64,000 bases of DNA from Bifidobacterium sp. (lineage in GTDB: Bacteria > Actinomycetota > Actinomycetes > Actinomycetales > Bifidobacteriaceae), in assembly GCA_036311305.1 (NCBI GenBank), contig JAXJQE010000137.1:96-64095 (forward strand). Reading direction: 5' to 3'. The notes under the pieces were generated by a model, which saw nothing but the letters and a program-made list of their open reading frames with translations, was not told the DNA's origin and ran no database searches. Below, in pieces: positions 19,768 through 29,307 of the stretch. The position numbers and the translations under genes are program-made. The first letter of the stretch is position 1. Every line of letters begins with the position of its first letter.

Positions 19768-22700
19768 GTGACACACGCTCCGCTAGACTTGACGATCCAC
19801 CGCCCGGAAGGCATGTACGACCCCGCCTCCGAGCACGATGCGTGCGGCGTGGGCATGGTCACCACCCTCAATGGCAGCCCCGAACGCAAGATCGTGGACG
19901 ACGCCATCGAGGTGCTCGTCAACCTCAACCACCGCGGAGCCGTCGGCGCCGAGGAGAATACCGGCGACGGCGCCGGCATCCTCATGGCCATGCCCGACGC
20001 GTTCATGCGCGCCACCATCGACGCCGAACTGCCCCCGGCCGGCCACTACGCCGCCGGCATCGCATTCCTCGACCGTGACATCGCCGCCTCCGGCCAGCAG
20101 GAGCAGGCCATCGCGCGCATCGCCGCCGAGGAGGGCCTCGAGGTGCTCGCCTGGCGGCAGGTGCCCACCGACCCCAACGGCCTGGGCCTGCAGGCGCTGG
20201 CCAGCATGCCGTCGTTCAAGACGCTCGTGCTGGCCGACCCGGACCGCCAGCTCGCCGGCATCGCGCTGGACCGCAAGGTCTACCATGTGCGCAAGCGCGC
20301 CGAGCACGAGGTAGGCATCTACTTCGCGTCCCTCTCGTCGCGCACCATCACGTACAAGGGCATGCTCACCACGATGCAGCTGCGCCCCTTCTTCCCGGAC
20401 CTGTCCGACGGGCGCATGGCGACGACCATCGCCATCGTCCACTCGCGCTTCTCCACGAACACGTTCCCCAGCTGGCCGCTGGCGCAGCCGTTCCGCATGC
20501 TCGCGCACAACGGCGAGATCAACACCATCCAGGGCAACCGCAACTGGTTCACCGCCCGCCAGGGCACGCTCCAGAGCGACCTGTTGGGCGATATGGACGA
20601 CCTGCTGCCGATCCTGACGCCCGGCTACTCGGATTCCGGCACCTTCGACGAGGTCCTCGAGCTGCTCAACCTCGCGGGCCGTTCCCTGCCGCACGCCATC
20701 CTCATGATGGTGCCGCCGGCGTGGGAGAAGGACAAGTCGCTCGACCCGGACGTGCGCGCCTTCTACGAGTACAACAACACGCTCATCGAACCGTGGGACG
20801 GCCCGGCGGACATCGTGTTCACCGACGGCACGCTCGTGGGCGCCGTGCTCGACCGCAACGGCTTCCGCCCGGGCCGCTGGCAGGTCGACGACGACGGCTA
20901 CGTGGTCCTCGCCTCCGAGGCCGGCGTCCTGCCGCAGGTGCCCGACGCGCACATCGCCGCCAAGGGCCGCCTGGATCCGGGCAGGATGTTCCTCATCGAC
21001 ACGGCCGCGGGCCGCATCGTCCCCGACGAGGAGGTCAAGCACGACCTGGCCACGCAGCACCCGTACCGCGAGTGGATGGAAGACAACTCCGTGGACATGG
21101 CGGAGCTGCCGCCGCGCGAGCACATCAGCTACTCGGACCAGTCCGTGCACCGCCGCCAGCGCGCCTTCGGCTACACGCAGGAGGAGCTCAAGCTGGTGCT
21201 GACCCCCATGGCCGACACCGGCAAGGAGCCGCTGGGCTCCATGGGCAACGACATCCCGCTGTCCGTGCTCTCGGGCCGCAGCCGCATGCTGTTCGACTAC
21301 TTCACGCAGAAGTTCGCGCAGGTCACCAACCCGCCGCTGGACTGGGAGCGCGAGAAGATCGTCACGTCCATCGCCTCCGCCATCGGCCCGGAGCCGAACC
21401 TGCTGGAGGACAGCGCGGGCCACGCCAGGAAGATCGACATCGCGCAGCCGGTGCTCGACAACGACGAGATGGCCAAGCTCAAGCGCATCGACCGCGCCCG
21501 CCAGCTCGACGGCTACTACAGGCCGTTCACCGTCAAGGGCCTGTACGAGGTCACCGGCGGCGGCGAGGCGTTGAAGCGCCGCCTCGAGGAGATCTTCGCC
21601 GAGGTGGACGCCGCCATCGCCGACGGCTGCAACGTGCTGGTCCTCTCGGACCGCGACTCCAACCACATGATGGCGCCGATCCCCTCCCTGCTGCTCACCT
21701 CCGCCGTGCAGCGCCACCTGCTGCGCCGCCAGACGCGCACCCAGGTGTCCATGCTCGTGGAGGCCGGCGACGTGCGCGAGATCCACCACGTGGCCCTCCT
21801 GGTAGCCTACGGCGCGGCCGCCGTCAACCCGTACCTGGCGTTCGAGTCCGTCGAGGAGCTCGCCCGCACCGGCTTCCTCAAGGTCGGCGGCGAGCAGGCC
21901 ATCGCCAACCTCAAGAACGCGCTGTCGACCGGCGTGCTCAAGATCATGAGCAAGATGGGCGTCTCCACGATCATGAGCTACCGTGGCGCCCAGCTGTTCG
22001 AGGCCGTCGGCCTCAACAGCGACGTCATCGACGCGTACTTCACCGGCACCGTCTCGCGCGTCGACGGCTGCGGCCTGGACGAGCTGGCCGAGGAGGTCGC
22101 CATCCGCCACCGCGAGGCGTACCCGAACCAGTGGACCGCCACCCCGCACCGCGTGCTGCGCACCGGCGGTGAGTACAAGTGGCGGCGCACCGGCGTGGAG
22201 CACCTCAACGACCCCGAGGCGATCTTCCTGCTGCAGCAGTCCACGCAGCGCGGCGACTACGACATGTTCAAGCAGTACTCCGCGCACATCAACGACACGT
22301 CCAACCGCCTGATGACGCTGCGCGGACTGATGAAGTTCAACCACACGCGCAAGCCCATCGACATCAGCGAGGTCGAGCCGGCCAGCGAGATCGTCAAGCG
22401 CTTCTCCACCGGCGCGATGAGCTACGGCTCCATATCCAAGGAGGTGCACGAGACGCTCGCCATCGCCATGAACTCCATCGGCGCGCGCTCCAACTCCGGC
22501 GAGGGCGGCGAGTCCGTGGAGCGGCTCAACGACCCGCTGCTGTGCTCGAAGATCAAGCAGATCGCCTCGGCGCGCTTCGGCGTCACCAGCGACTACCTCG
22601 TGCACGCCACCGACCTGCAGATCAAGCTCGCGCAGGGCGCCAAGCCCGGCGAGGGCGGCCACCTGCCCGGCGCGAAGGTGCCGCCGTGGATCGCCAAGGT

Positions 22701-24333
22701 GCGCCACGCTACGCCAGGCACCGAGCTCATCTCCCCGCCGCCGCACCACGACATCTACTCCATCGAGGACCTCAAGCAGCTCATCAACGACGCGAAGATG
22801 AGCAACCCGAAGGCGCGCGTGCACGTCAAGCTCGTCTCCGAGTTCGGCGTGGGCACCATCGCCGCGGGCGTCGCCAAATGCCACGCCGACGTCGTGCTCA
22901 TCTCGGGCTACGACGGCGGCACCGGCGCAGCGCCCCTGAACGCGATCCGCCACGCGGGCACCCCGTGGGAGATCGGCCTGTCCGAGACGCAGCAGACGCT
23001 CATCCTCAACGGCCTGCGCTCGCGCATCGTCGTGCAGTGCGACGGTGAGCTCAAGACGGGCCGCGACGTGGTCGTCGCGGCGCTCCTGGGAGCCGAGGAG
23101 TTCGGCTTCGCCACCACGGCGCTCATGGTGGAGGGCTGCGTCATGATGCGCGCCTGCCAGAAGAACACGTGCCCGCAGGGCATCGCCACCCAGGACCCCG
23201 AGCTGCGCGCCCGCTACACGGGCAAGCCCGAGCATGTCATCAACTTCATGATGTTCATCGCCGAGGAGGTGCGCGAACTGCTCGCCGAACTGGGCTTCCA
23301 TACGCTCGAGGAGGCCGTCGGCCACGTCGAGTGCCTGGACCAGGACGAGGCCATCAAGCGCTGGAAGTCCGCGGGCGTGGACCTGTCCAACGTGCTCATG
23401 CAGCCGGGCCCCGTCCCGGGCACGATCCTGCACCGGACGATCGAGCAGAACCACGAGCTGGACAAGGCGCTCGACAACGAGCTGATCGCCAAGGCCGCCC
23501 CGGCGCTCGAGCATGGCGAGCACGTGTCCATCGCGATGGGCATCCGCAACGTGGACCGTACGCTGGGCACGATACTCGGCTACGAGATCACGAAGCGCAC
23601 CGGCGAGGAGGGCCTGCCGGACGACACGATCGAGCTGGAGCTGACCGGTACCGGCGGCCAGTCGATCGGCGCGTTCATCCCGCGCGGCGAGACGCTGCAC
23701 ATCACCGGCGAGGTCAACGACTACGCCGGCAAGGGCCTGTCGGGCGGCTCCATCGACATCAAGGCGCCGGCCGACGTCACCTACGACCCGCACGGCAACG
23801 TCATCGCCGGCAACGTGCTGGGCTTCGGCGCCACGTCGGGCACCATGTTCGTCGCGGGCCGCGCCGGCGAGCGCTTCGGCGTGCGCAACGGCGGCGCCAC
23901 GTTCGTCGTCGAGGGCCTGGGCGACCACGGTTGCGAGTACATGACCGGCGGCACCGTCGTGATCCTGGGGCCCACGGGCCGCAACCTGGGCGCCGGCTTC
24001 TCCGGCGGCCACGTGTACGCGCTCGACCTGGACATGGACCAGGTCAACCCGGAGGCCGCGGCCGGCTCCCTGCTGTTCGAACCCCTGGACGACGAGGCCG
24101 CCGCCACGGTCAGGGACCTCGTCGAACGCCACGTGGCGCGCACGGGCTCCGCGTTCGCCCAGGGTCTCCTGGACGACTGGGAGCATGCGAAGAGCCGCTT
24201 TACCCACATGGTGCCGCGCATGTTCGTCGCCATGACCGACGCCATGGCCGAGGCCAAGGCGGATGACATCGATTTCAACGAGCCCGGGGTGTGGGAGCGC
24301 ACCTACGAGCAGGTTATGGAAGGAGCGCGCTGA
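19768..24333 (+). CDS. gltB: glutamate synthase large subunit
   Basis: 1521 aa from the GTG at 19768 (GAGAGG RBS). EHDACGVGMV contains the N-terminal Cys nucleophile region. Amidotransferase, FMN and GXGXG domains all sit in one frame. The start is uncertain. Confidence 0.9.
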   Translation: MTHAPLDLTIHRPEGMYDPASEHDACGVGMVTTLNGSPERKIVDDAIEVLVNLNHRGAVGAEENTGDGAGILMAMPDAFMRATIDAELPPAGHYAAGIAFLDRDIAASGQQEQAIARIAAEEGLEVLAWRQVPTDPNGLGLQALASMPSFKTLVLADPDRQLAGIALDRKVYHVRKRAEHEVGIYFASLSSRTITYKGMLTTMQLRPFFPDLSDGRMATTIAIVHSRFSTNTFPSWPLAQPFRMLAHNGEINTIQGNRNWFTARQGTLQSDLLGDMDDLLPILTPGYSDSGTFDEVLELLNLAGRSLPHAILMMVPPAWEKDKSLDPDVRAFYEYNNTLIEPWDGPADIVFTDGTLVGAVLDRNGFRPGRWQVDDDGYVVLASEAGVLPQVPDAHIAAKGRLDPGRMFLIDTAAGRIVPDEEVKHDLATQHPYREWMEDNSVDMAELPPREHISYSDQSVHRRQRAFGYTQEELKLVLTPMADTGKEPLGSMGNDIPLSVLSGRSRMLFDYFTQKFAQVTNPPLDWEREKIVTSIASAIGPEPNLLEDSAGHARKIDIAQPVLDNDEMAKLKRIDRARQLDGYYRPFTVKGLYEVTGGGEALKRRLEEIFAEVDAAIADGCNVLVLSDRDSNHMMAPIPSLLLTSAVQRHLLRRQTRTQVSMLVEAGDVREIHHVALLVAYGAAAVNPYLAFESVEELARTGFLKVGGEQAIANLKNALSTGVLKIMSKMGVSTIMSYRGAQLFEAVGLNSDVIDAYFTGTVSRVDGCGLDELAEEVAIRHREAYPNQWTATPHRVLRTGGEYKWRRTGVEHLNDPEAIFLLQQSTQRGDYDMFKQYSAHINDTSNRLMTLRGLMKFNHTRKPIDISEVEPASEIVKRFSTGAMSYGSISKEVHETLAIAMNSIGARSNSGEGGESVERLNDPLLCSKIKQIASARFGVTSDYLVHATDLQIKLAQGAKPGEGGHLPGAKVPPWIAKVRHATPGTELISPPPHHDIYSIEDLKQLINDAKMSNPKARVHVKLVSEFGVGTIAAGVAKCHADVVLISGYDGGTGAAPLNAIRHAGTPWEIGLSETQQTLILNGLRSRIVVQCDGELKTGRDVVVAALLGAEEFGFATTALMVEGCVMMRACQKNTCPQGIATQDPELRARYTGKPEHVINFMMFIAEEVRELLAELGFHTLEEAVGHVECLDQDEAIKRWKSAGVDLSNVLMQPGPVPGTILHRTIEQNHELDKALDNELIAKAAPALEHGEHVSIAMGIRNVDRTLGTILGYEITKRTGEEGLPDDTIELELTGTGGQSIGAFIPRGETLHITGEVNDYAGKGLSGGSIDIKAPADVTYDPHGNVIAGNVLGFGATSGTMFVAGRAGERFGVRNGGATFVVEGLGDHGCEYMTGGTVVILGPTGRNLGAGFSGGHVYALDLDMDQVNPEAAAGSLLFEPLDDEAAATVRDLVERHVARTGSAFAQGLLDDWEHAKSRFTHMVPRMFVAMTDAMAEAKADDIDFNEPGVWERTYEQVMEGAR

Positions 24334-24334
24334 C

Positions 24335-25873
24335 ATGGGTGATCCCCGAGGATTCCTGAAGGTCCGCCACCGTCACGAACTGGCCGAACGCCCCGTCGCA
24401 GAACGCATCAAGGACTGGAACGACGTGCACGCCGAGTCCGGGCTGCAGCCGTGGACGAAGGAGCAGGCGGCGCGCTGCATGGACTGCGGCACCCCGTTCT
24501 GCATGTCCGGCTGCCCGTTGGGCAACATCATCCCCGAGTGGAACGACCTGGTGCGCCTGGGCCAGTGGCGGGAGGCCTACGACCGCCTGTCCATGACCAA
24601 CAACTTCCCGGAGGTCACGGGCCGCATCTGCCCTGCGCTGTGCGAGAGCGCCTGCGTGTTGGGCATCCACCAGCCGCCCACGATGATCAAGAACGACGAG
24701 TGCACGATCATCGATCAGGCGTGGGACCTCGAGTACGTCACGCCCCTGCCCCCCGAGCGCACCAGCGACCAGACGGTCGCCGTGGTCGGTTCCGGTCCCG
24801 CGGGCCTGGCGTGCGCGCAGCAGCTGACGCGCGCCGGCCACACCGTCGTCGTCTACGAGCGCGACGACGAGCCGGGCGGCCTGATGCGCTACGGCATCCC
24901 GAACTTCAAGCTGGAGAAGTCCCTCATCGACCGCCGTATCGAGCAGATGAAGGCGGAGGGCACGCGCTTCCGCACGAACACGGAGGTCGGCAAGGACGTC
25001 ACGTGGGACGAGTTGCAGTCGCGCTACGACGCCGTCGTGGTCGCCATCGGCTCCACGGTGCCGCGCGACATGAACCTGCCGGGCCGTGAGCTGGACGGCA
25101 TCCATTTCGCGATGGAGTTCCTGCCGGACGCCACGCGGCGCATCTACGGCAAGACCCCGGTGCACGACCTGACCGCCAAGGACAAGCATGTCGTCATCAT
25201 CGGCGGCGGCGACACGGGCTCGGACTGCCTGGGCACGTCCATCCGCCAGGGCGCCAAGGACGTCACCGTCCTGCAGATCATGCCCAAGGAGCCGGCCAGC
25301 CGTCCGGACAACCAGCCGTGGCCGACGTTCGCGCGCCTCTACCAGGAGACCAGCTCCATGCAGGAGGGCGGCGAATACGTGTACAACACGGATTCCGTGA
25401 GCTTCGTGGGCGCCACCAAGGAGGACCTGGAGAAGGTCACCGTGGAGACCGGCACGCAGACCGTCGGCTTCACCGCCGACGAGCGGGGCCACGTCACGGG
25501 CCTCAAGGTCGTCTCGGTCGCCCCCGGCGAGGACGGTCCGTTCACCCGCCAGCCGGGCACGGAGCGCACCATCCCCGCGGACCTGGTGCTCATCTCCGTG
25601 GGCTTCCTGCATCCGGACACGACGACGCTCACGGCGCAGCTGCCCGTCGACCTCGATGGCCGCGGCAACGTGGCGCGCGACGACTCGTACGCGACGAGCC
25701 GCGACGGCGTGTTCGCGTGCGGCGACGCGGGCCGCGGCCAGTCGCTGGTCGTGTGGGCCATCGCCGAGGGCCGCTCCTGCGCGGCCGCCGTGGACCGGTA
25801 CCTGACCGGCGCCACCGAGCTGCCCGCCCCGATCGTCTCCTCGCAGCGTCCGATGGCGTTGCCGCGCAGCTGA
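24335..25873 (+). CDS. gltD: glutamate synthase small subunit (NADPH)
   Basis: 512 aa: MGDPRGFLKVRHR...CMDCGTPFCMSGCPLGNIIPEWN...VAVVGSGPAGLACAQQL. Confidence 0.92.
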   Translation: MGDPRGFLKVRHRHELAERPVAERIKDWNDVHAESGLQPWTKEQAARCMDCGTPFCMSGCPLGNIIPEWNDLVRLGQWREAYDRLSMTNNFPEVTGRICPALCESACVLGIHQPPTMIKNDECTIIDQAWDLEYVTPLPPERTSDQTVAVVGSGPAGLACAQQLTRAGHTVVVYERDDEPGGLMRYGIPNFKLEKSLIDRRIEQMKAEGTRFRTNTEVGKDVTWDELQSRYDAVVVAIGSTVPRDMNLPGRELDGIHFAMEFLPDATRRIYGKTPVHDLTAKDKHVVIIGGGDTGSDCLGTSIRQGAKDVTVLQIMPKEPASRPDNQPWPTFARLYQETSSMQEGGEYVYNTDSVSFVGATKEDLEKVTVETGTQTVGFTADERGHVTGLKVVSVAPGEDGPFTRQPGTERTIPADLVLISVGFLHPDTTTLTAQLPVDLDGRGNVARDDSYATSRDGVFACGDAGRGQSLVVWAIAEGRSCAAAVDRYLTGATELPAPIVSSQRPMALPRS

Positions 25874-25987
25874 GCGCATGATCGTCGCAAGGCGCCGCAC
25901 CGGGCCTTTCCCATGGGCTTGGAGCGGCGCCTTGCGCTATAGTGGTGCCCAGTCGTGCCCAGGCACATCCGTCACAAGGAGACAGCA

Positions 25988-26431
25988 ATGGCAAACCGCG
26001 CACAGCGCCGCGCGAAGAACGGCGCACCGAACCAGTCCACGAGCCGCAGCCACGGCGGCATGATCGACGAGGGGTCCCTGCAGGACAAGTCGCTGCGCCT
26101 CAAGGAAGGCAGGAAGGGCGCGTGGAAGCCCACGAGCAGCGAGATGGAGAAATACGAGGAGGTCGCCATGGGCACCGACCCCAGCGACTTCGACCCGCCG
26201 CGGGTGGTGCACGCGCCGCATTCGGTGCGCAACTGGTTCCGCCTGTGCAGCTGGGTCCTCATCGTGTGCTCCGCGATCGCGTTCTTCGTGCTCATGTGGA
26301 TCCCGAGCATCCCGCTGTGGAGCATCATCCTCGTGGCGGCCCTGCTGGCCGTGGGCGTCATCAGCCTGTTCTTCGACGCCGGCGACCCGAAGGACAACCC
26401 GAACCTCGACCAGAACGGCACCGCCGTCTGA
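25988..26431 (+). CDS. hypothetical membrane protein (two predicted TM helices, basic N-terminus)
   Basis: 147 aa from the ATG at 25988 (AAGGAG RBS). Hydrophobic stretches are WFRLCSWVLIVCSAIAFFVLMWI and LWSIILVAALLAVGVISLFF. I recognise no family. Confidence 0.55.
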   Translation: MANRAQRRAKNGAPNQSTSRSHGGMIDEGSLQDKSLRLKEGRKGAWKPTSSEMEKYEEVAMGTDPSDFDPPRVVHAPHSVRNWFRLCSWVLIVCSAIAFFVLMWIPSIPLWSIILVAALLAVGVISLFFDAGDPKDNPNLDQNGTAV

Positions 26432-26497
26432 GCGGCGACGCCCGCGCCGCACGCTCCCGACGGGGGAGGGGAACCCCACCGTCGGGAGCGCGCGAAA

Positions 26498-26532
26498 GGG
26501 GCCGTCCGCGCAGCGTCTGCGCGGACGGCCCC
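26498..26532. terminator. stem-loop between convergent genes (a second hairpin lies at 26452-26490)
   Basis: Perfect 16-bp stem GGGGCCGTCCGCGCAG / CTGCGCGGACGGCCCC with a 3-nt loop. Confidence 0.7.
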
Positions 26533-26554
26533 ATTCGATGGCTGCCCTGATGGC

Positions 26555-27043
26555 TTACTTGAGCTTCTCGAGCTCGGTGAGCATGCGGTCGACCTGGCCG
26601 TTGACGTCGACGTCGTAGTCGGCGTACGTGATCTTGCCGTCGCCGTCGATGACGAAGGTGGCGCGGATCGGGGTGTACACGCGCTTGCCGTCCTCGAAGG
26701 ACTCGGTGACGGTGCCGTACTCCTCATGGCACTTGTACTCCGGGTCGGACAGGAGGATGAAGTTCAGGTCATCCTTCTCGCGGAACTCCTGCAGCGGACG
26801 CACGTCGTCGCCGGAGACGCCGATGACGGTGTAGCCCGCGGCCTCGAGGCGATTGAGGTTGTCGCGGAAATCATGGGCCTCCACGGTGCACACGGAGCTC
26901 ATGGCCTTCGGGTAGAAGTACAGCACGATGTTCTGGTGCTTGAAATCGGCCAGCGCGTAGTGCTTGTACTCATCGGACTCGAGCTCGAAGTTGGGGGCGA
27001 CGTCGCCTTTAGCCAGGCGGATGGGCTTCTTGGATTCACTCAT
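26555..27043 (-). CDS. bcp: thioredoxin-dependent thiol peroxidase (peroxiredoxin Bcp)
   Basis: 162 aa: MSESKKPIRLAKGDVAPNFELES...NIVLYFYPKAMSSVCTVEAHDF. It is the C-terminal segment of the artefactual track ORF 26555..28537. Confidence 0.85.
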   Translation of the reverse strand: MSESKKPIRLAKGDVAPNFELESDEYKHYALADFKHQNIVLYFYPKAMSSVCTVEAHDFRDNLNRLEAAGYTVIGVSGDDVRPLQEFREKDDLNFILLSDPEYKCHEEYGTVTESFEDGKRVYTPIRATFVIDGDGKITYADYDVDVNGQVDRMLTELEKLK

Positions 27044-27229
27044 GGCTCTTACGGTAGCGCCGCCCGTTATGTGCCCCAGCGCAAATACGCGGTCAGTGGA
27101 ATGGCGCCGTCCACGCCGCCGTGGCCGTGCCCGCATCACGGACCCGCGGCCGGACGGGGCCGCCCGTGGCCGGTACGCTGACGGTATCCGCCGAGCCCGC
27201 GCCACACGCGCCCAGGGAAAGGAGCCGCC

Positions 27230-28105
27230 ATGAGCGAGACGACCGGCACCACGGACACCACGGCCACCGCGGTCGCGTTGCACGACGTCGAACTGCGCCG
27301 CTGGGGACGCACCATCCTCACCGGCGTGGACCTCGAGATCGGCCGTGGCGAGAAATGGATCCTGTTCGGCCCCAACGGCATCGGCAAGTCCAGCCTTGTC
27401 AAGATGATGAGCTCGCGCGGCTTCCCCTCCTCGGGCACCGTCGACATCCTCGGCAACCGCCTGGGCAAGGTCGACGTGTTCAGCTACCGCAACCGCATCG
27501 GATTGAGCTCCGCGGAACTGCAACGCGCCTTCCCCGGCGTCGAGGACCCGCTCGACGCCGTCGTCACCGCCCTCAACGCCGTCACCGGCCGCTGGCGCGA
27601 CACGTACAGCGACGCCGAGTACGCGCGCGCCCGCGGCCTCATGCGCCGCTTCGGCATCGAATACCTCGCCGGCAAGAGCATGATGGACCTCTCCGAGGGC
27701 GAACGCACCCGTGTCATGATCTGCCGCGCCCTCATGGCCGACGCCGAACTGCTCATCCTCGACGAACCCACCACCGGACTGGACCTGGGCGGCCGTGAGA
27801 CCACGCTGCGCGCCCTCGGCGAGATCGGCGTGGAGGATGCGGCGCGCACCGTCATCGTCGTCACCCACCGGCTCGAGGAAATCCCCGCCGGCTTCGACCA
27901 CATCGCCATCATGGGCCGCACCGCCGGCAGCGAGACCCAGGCGCTCGCCGACCGCGTCGCCGGCGCCGACCCCGCGCCCGGCACCATCGTGTACGCCGGC
28001 GACCTCGTGCACGGACTGACGGCCGAACGCCTCTCGGGCCTGTTCGGCCTCGACCTGGCCGTCCGCCACGAGGGCGGCCGCTGGAGCGCCTGGGCCAGGG
28101 CGTAA
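27230..28105 (+). CDS. ABC-type ATPase with no adjacent permease (YlmA/ModF-like)
   Basis: 291 aa with Walker A GPNGIGKSS, signature LSEGERTR and Walker [13 protein letters not shown]. Confidence 0.8.
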   Translation: MSETTGTTDTTATAVALHDVELRRWGRTILTGVDLEIGRGEKWILFGPNGIGKSSLVKMMSSRGFPSSGTVDILGNRLGKVDVFSYRNRIGLSSAELQRAFPGVEDPLDAVVTALNAVTGRWRDTYSDAEYARARGLMRRFGIEYLAGKSMMDLSEGERTRVMICRALMADAELLILDEPTTGLDLGGRETTLRALGEIGVEDAARTVIVVTHRLEEIPAGFDHIAIMGRTAGSETQALADRVAGADPAPGTIVYAGDLVHGLTAERLSGLFGLDLAVRHEGGRWSAWARA

Positions 28106-28120
28106 CGGCGCACGGCTACA

Positions 28121-28687
28121 GTGGGCGGCATGGACGAAGACACGGACGGAACCGCCATCGGGCATGCGCCGGCGCGCGTGCGCGCCATGGACGTCGCCAA
28201 CGAGCTGCTGGCCGCGCACGGCACACGGATCCCCCTGACTAACCAACGCATCAACAAGCTCGTGTACCTCGCGCAGGTCGAGGCGCTGCGCCGGGACGGC
28301 GCGCCCCTGTACGACGACCCGATCGAGGCCTGGGACGACGGGCCCGCCATTCCCACGGTCCACGAGGCATTCAGCGCCTACGGCACCAACCAGATCGCCA
28401 AGCCCACGTACGCGCCGCCGCGAGACGCGCGCATGCGGGCCGTCACGGCACGCGTCGCCGAACGCTACGGGCACCTGAGCGTCTACGACCTCATCCGCCT
28501 GGCCCACCGGCCCGGGGGCGCCTGGGGGCGCGCCCACCGGCCCGGGCGGCGCGCCACCATCACGCCCGCGCTCATCCTCGCCGCCAGCGACACCACCGAA
28601 CCTGACCTGGGGGCCACGTTCAGCGCCTGCCTCAGGCAGGTGGACGCCACCTGGCCACGCACCATCACCCTCCTGGAGCGCTCATGA
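28121..28687 (+). CDS. DUF4065 / SocA-Panacea-like protein (putative antitoxin)
   Basis: INKLVYLAQVEALRRDGAPLYDDPIEAWDDGPAIPTVHEAFSAYG...LSVYDLIRLAHRPGGAW resembles the GepA/SocA/Panacea domain. The stop overlaps the Doc start (ATGA). The start is uncertain (GTG 28121, ATG 28130 or ATG 28187). Confidence 0.65.
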   Translation: MGGMDEDTDGTAIGHAPARVRAMDVANELLAAHGTRIPLTNQRINKLVYLAQVEALRRDGAPLYDDPIEAWDDGPAIPTVHEAFSAYGTNQIAKPTYAPPRDARMRAVTARVAERYGHLSVYDLIRLAHRPGGAWGRAHRPGRRATITPALILAASDTTEPDLGATFSACLRQVDATWPRTITLLERS

Positions 28688-29202
28688 CCACCGCGCAGCA
28701 TGACGGCGAACGCCACGCCCCGCGCGCCGACCGGCGCATCCCCGTCATCGTCCTGACCGACGACATGGACCTGCAGGGCCTGGCGGAAACCATCTACAAC
28801 GTCAACGAGTACACGGTGCAGACGGCCGCCGGCATGAACCAGGAGCACTACATCAACGCCAGGCACCGCGACCGGCTCGTCGGCCGCGTCGCCAGCGTCC
28901 TGCACCCGATCCTCAGCCCCGTGTTCGGCCAGCCGCCCCAGTACGAGGACGCGTACGAGCAGCTCGCCGTCCTCGCCGAACACCTCGCCAACGACCACAT
29001 CTTCGCCGACGGCAACAAACGCACCGCGCTGCGCACCACCCTCGGCCTCCTGGGCATGCAGGGCGTCACCCTCGACGTGCCCGACAGCGACGATCCGGCC
29101 GTCAACGAGCTGTACCAATGGATCCAAGACATCGTCGAGCACCGCAGGGACACGGCCGCGCTCGCGGGCTTCCTGCGCGCGCACGTCATCGAACGCCGTT
29201 AG
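28684..29202 (+). CDS. doc: Doc (death-on-curing) family Fic-fold toxin
   Basis: 172 aa with the Fic/Doc core motif HIFADGNKRTAL. 4-bp ATGA overlap with the upstream ORF. Confidence 0.8.
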   Translation: MTTAQHDGERHAPRADRRIPVIVLTDDMDLQGLAETIYNVNEYTVQTAAGMNQEHYINARHRDRLVGRVASVLHPILSPVFGQPPQYEDAYEQLAVLAEHLANDHIFADGNKRTALRTTLGLLGMQGVTLDVPDSDDPAVNELYQWIQDIVEHRRDTAALAGFLRAHVIERR

Positions 29203-29307
29203 GCCATGCGCGTGCCGGTGCCCATCGGCCTGACAGCGGAACCGGCCCGGCGCATTACACTGCTCAGTAATACCCGGGAGCGAGTGTCCCCGGAGTAAGG
29301 AGCATCC

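Noticed and set aside
27230-28105. The orphan ABC ATPase as a defence-system component (for example PARIS/OLD-like) linked to the adjacent TA genes.
   Set aside because: It is a single compact ABC domain (291 aa) that resembles conserved housekeeping YlmA/ModF-type ATPases. It has no coiled-coil insertion, and no nuclease or TOPRIM partner. Adjacency to the TA pair is probably coincidental.
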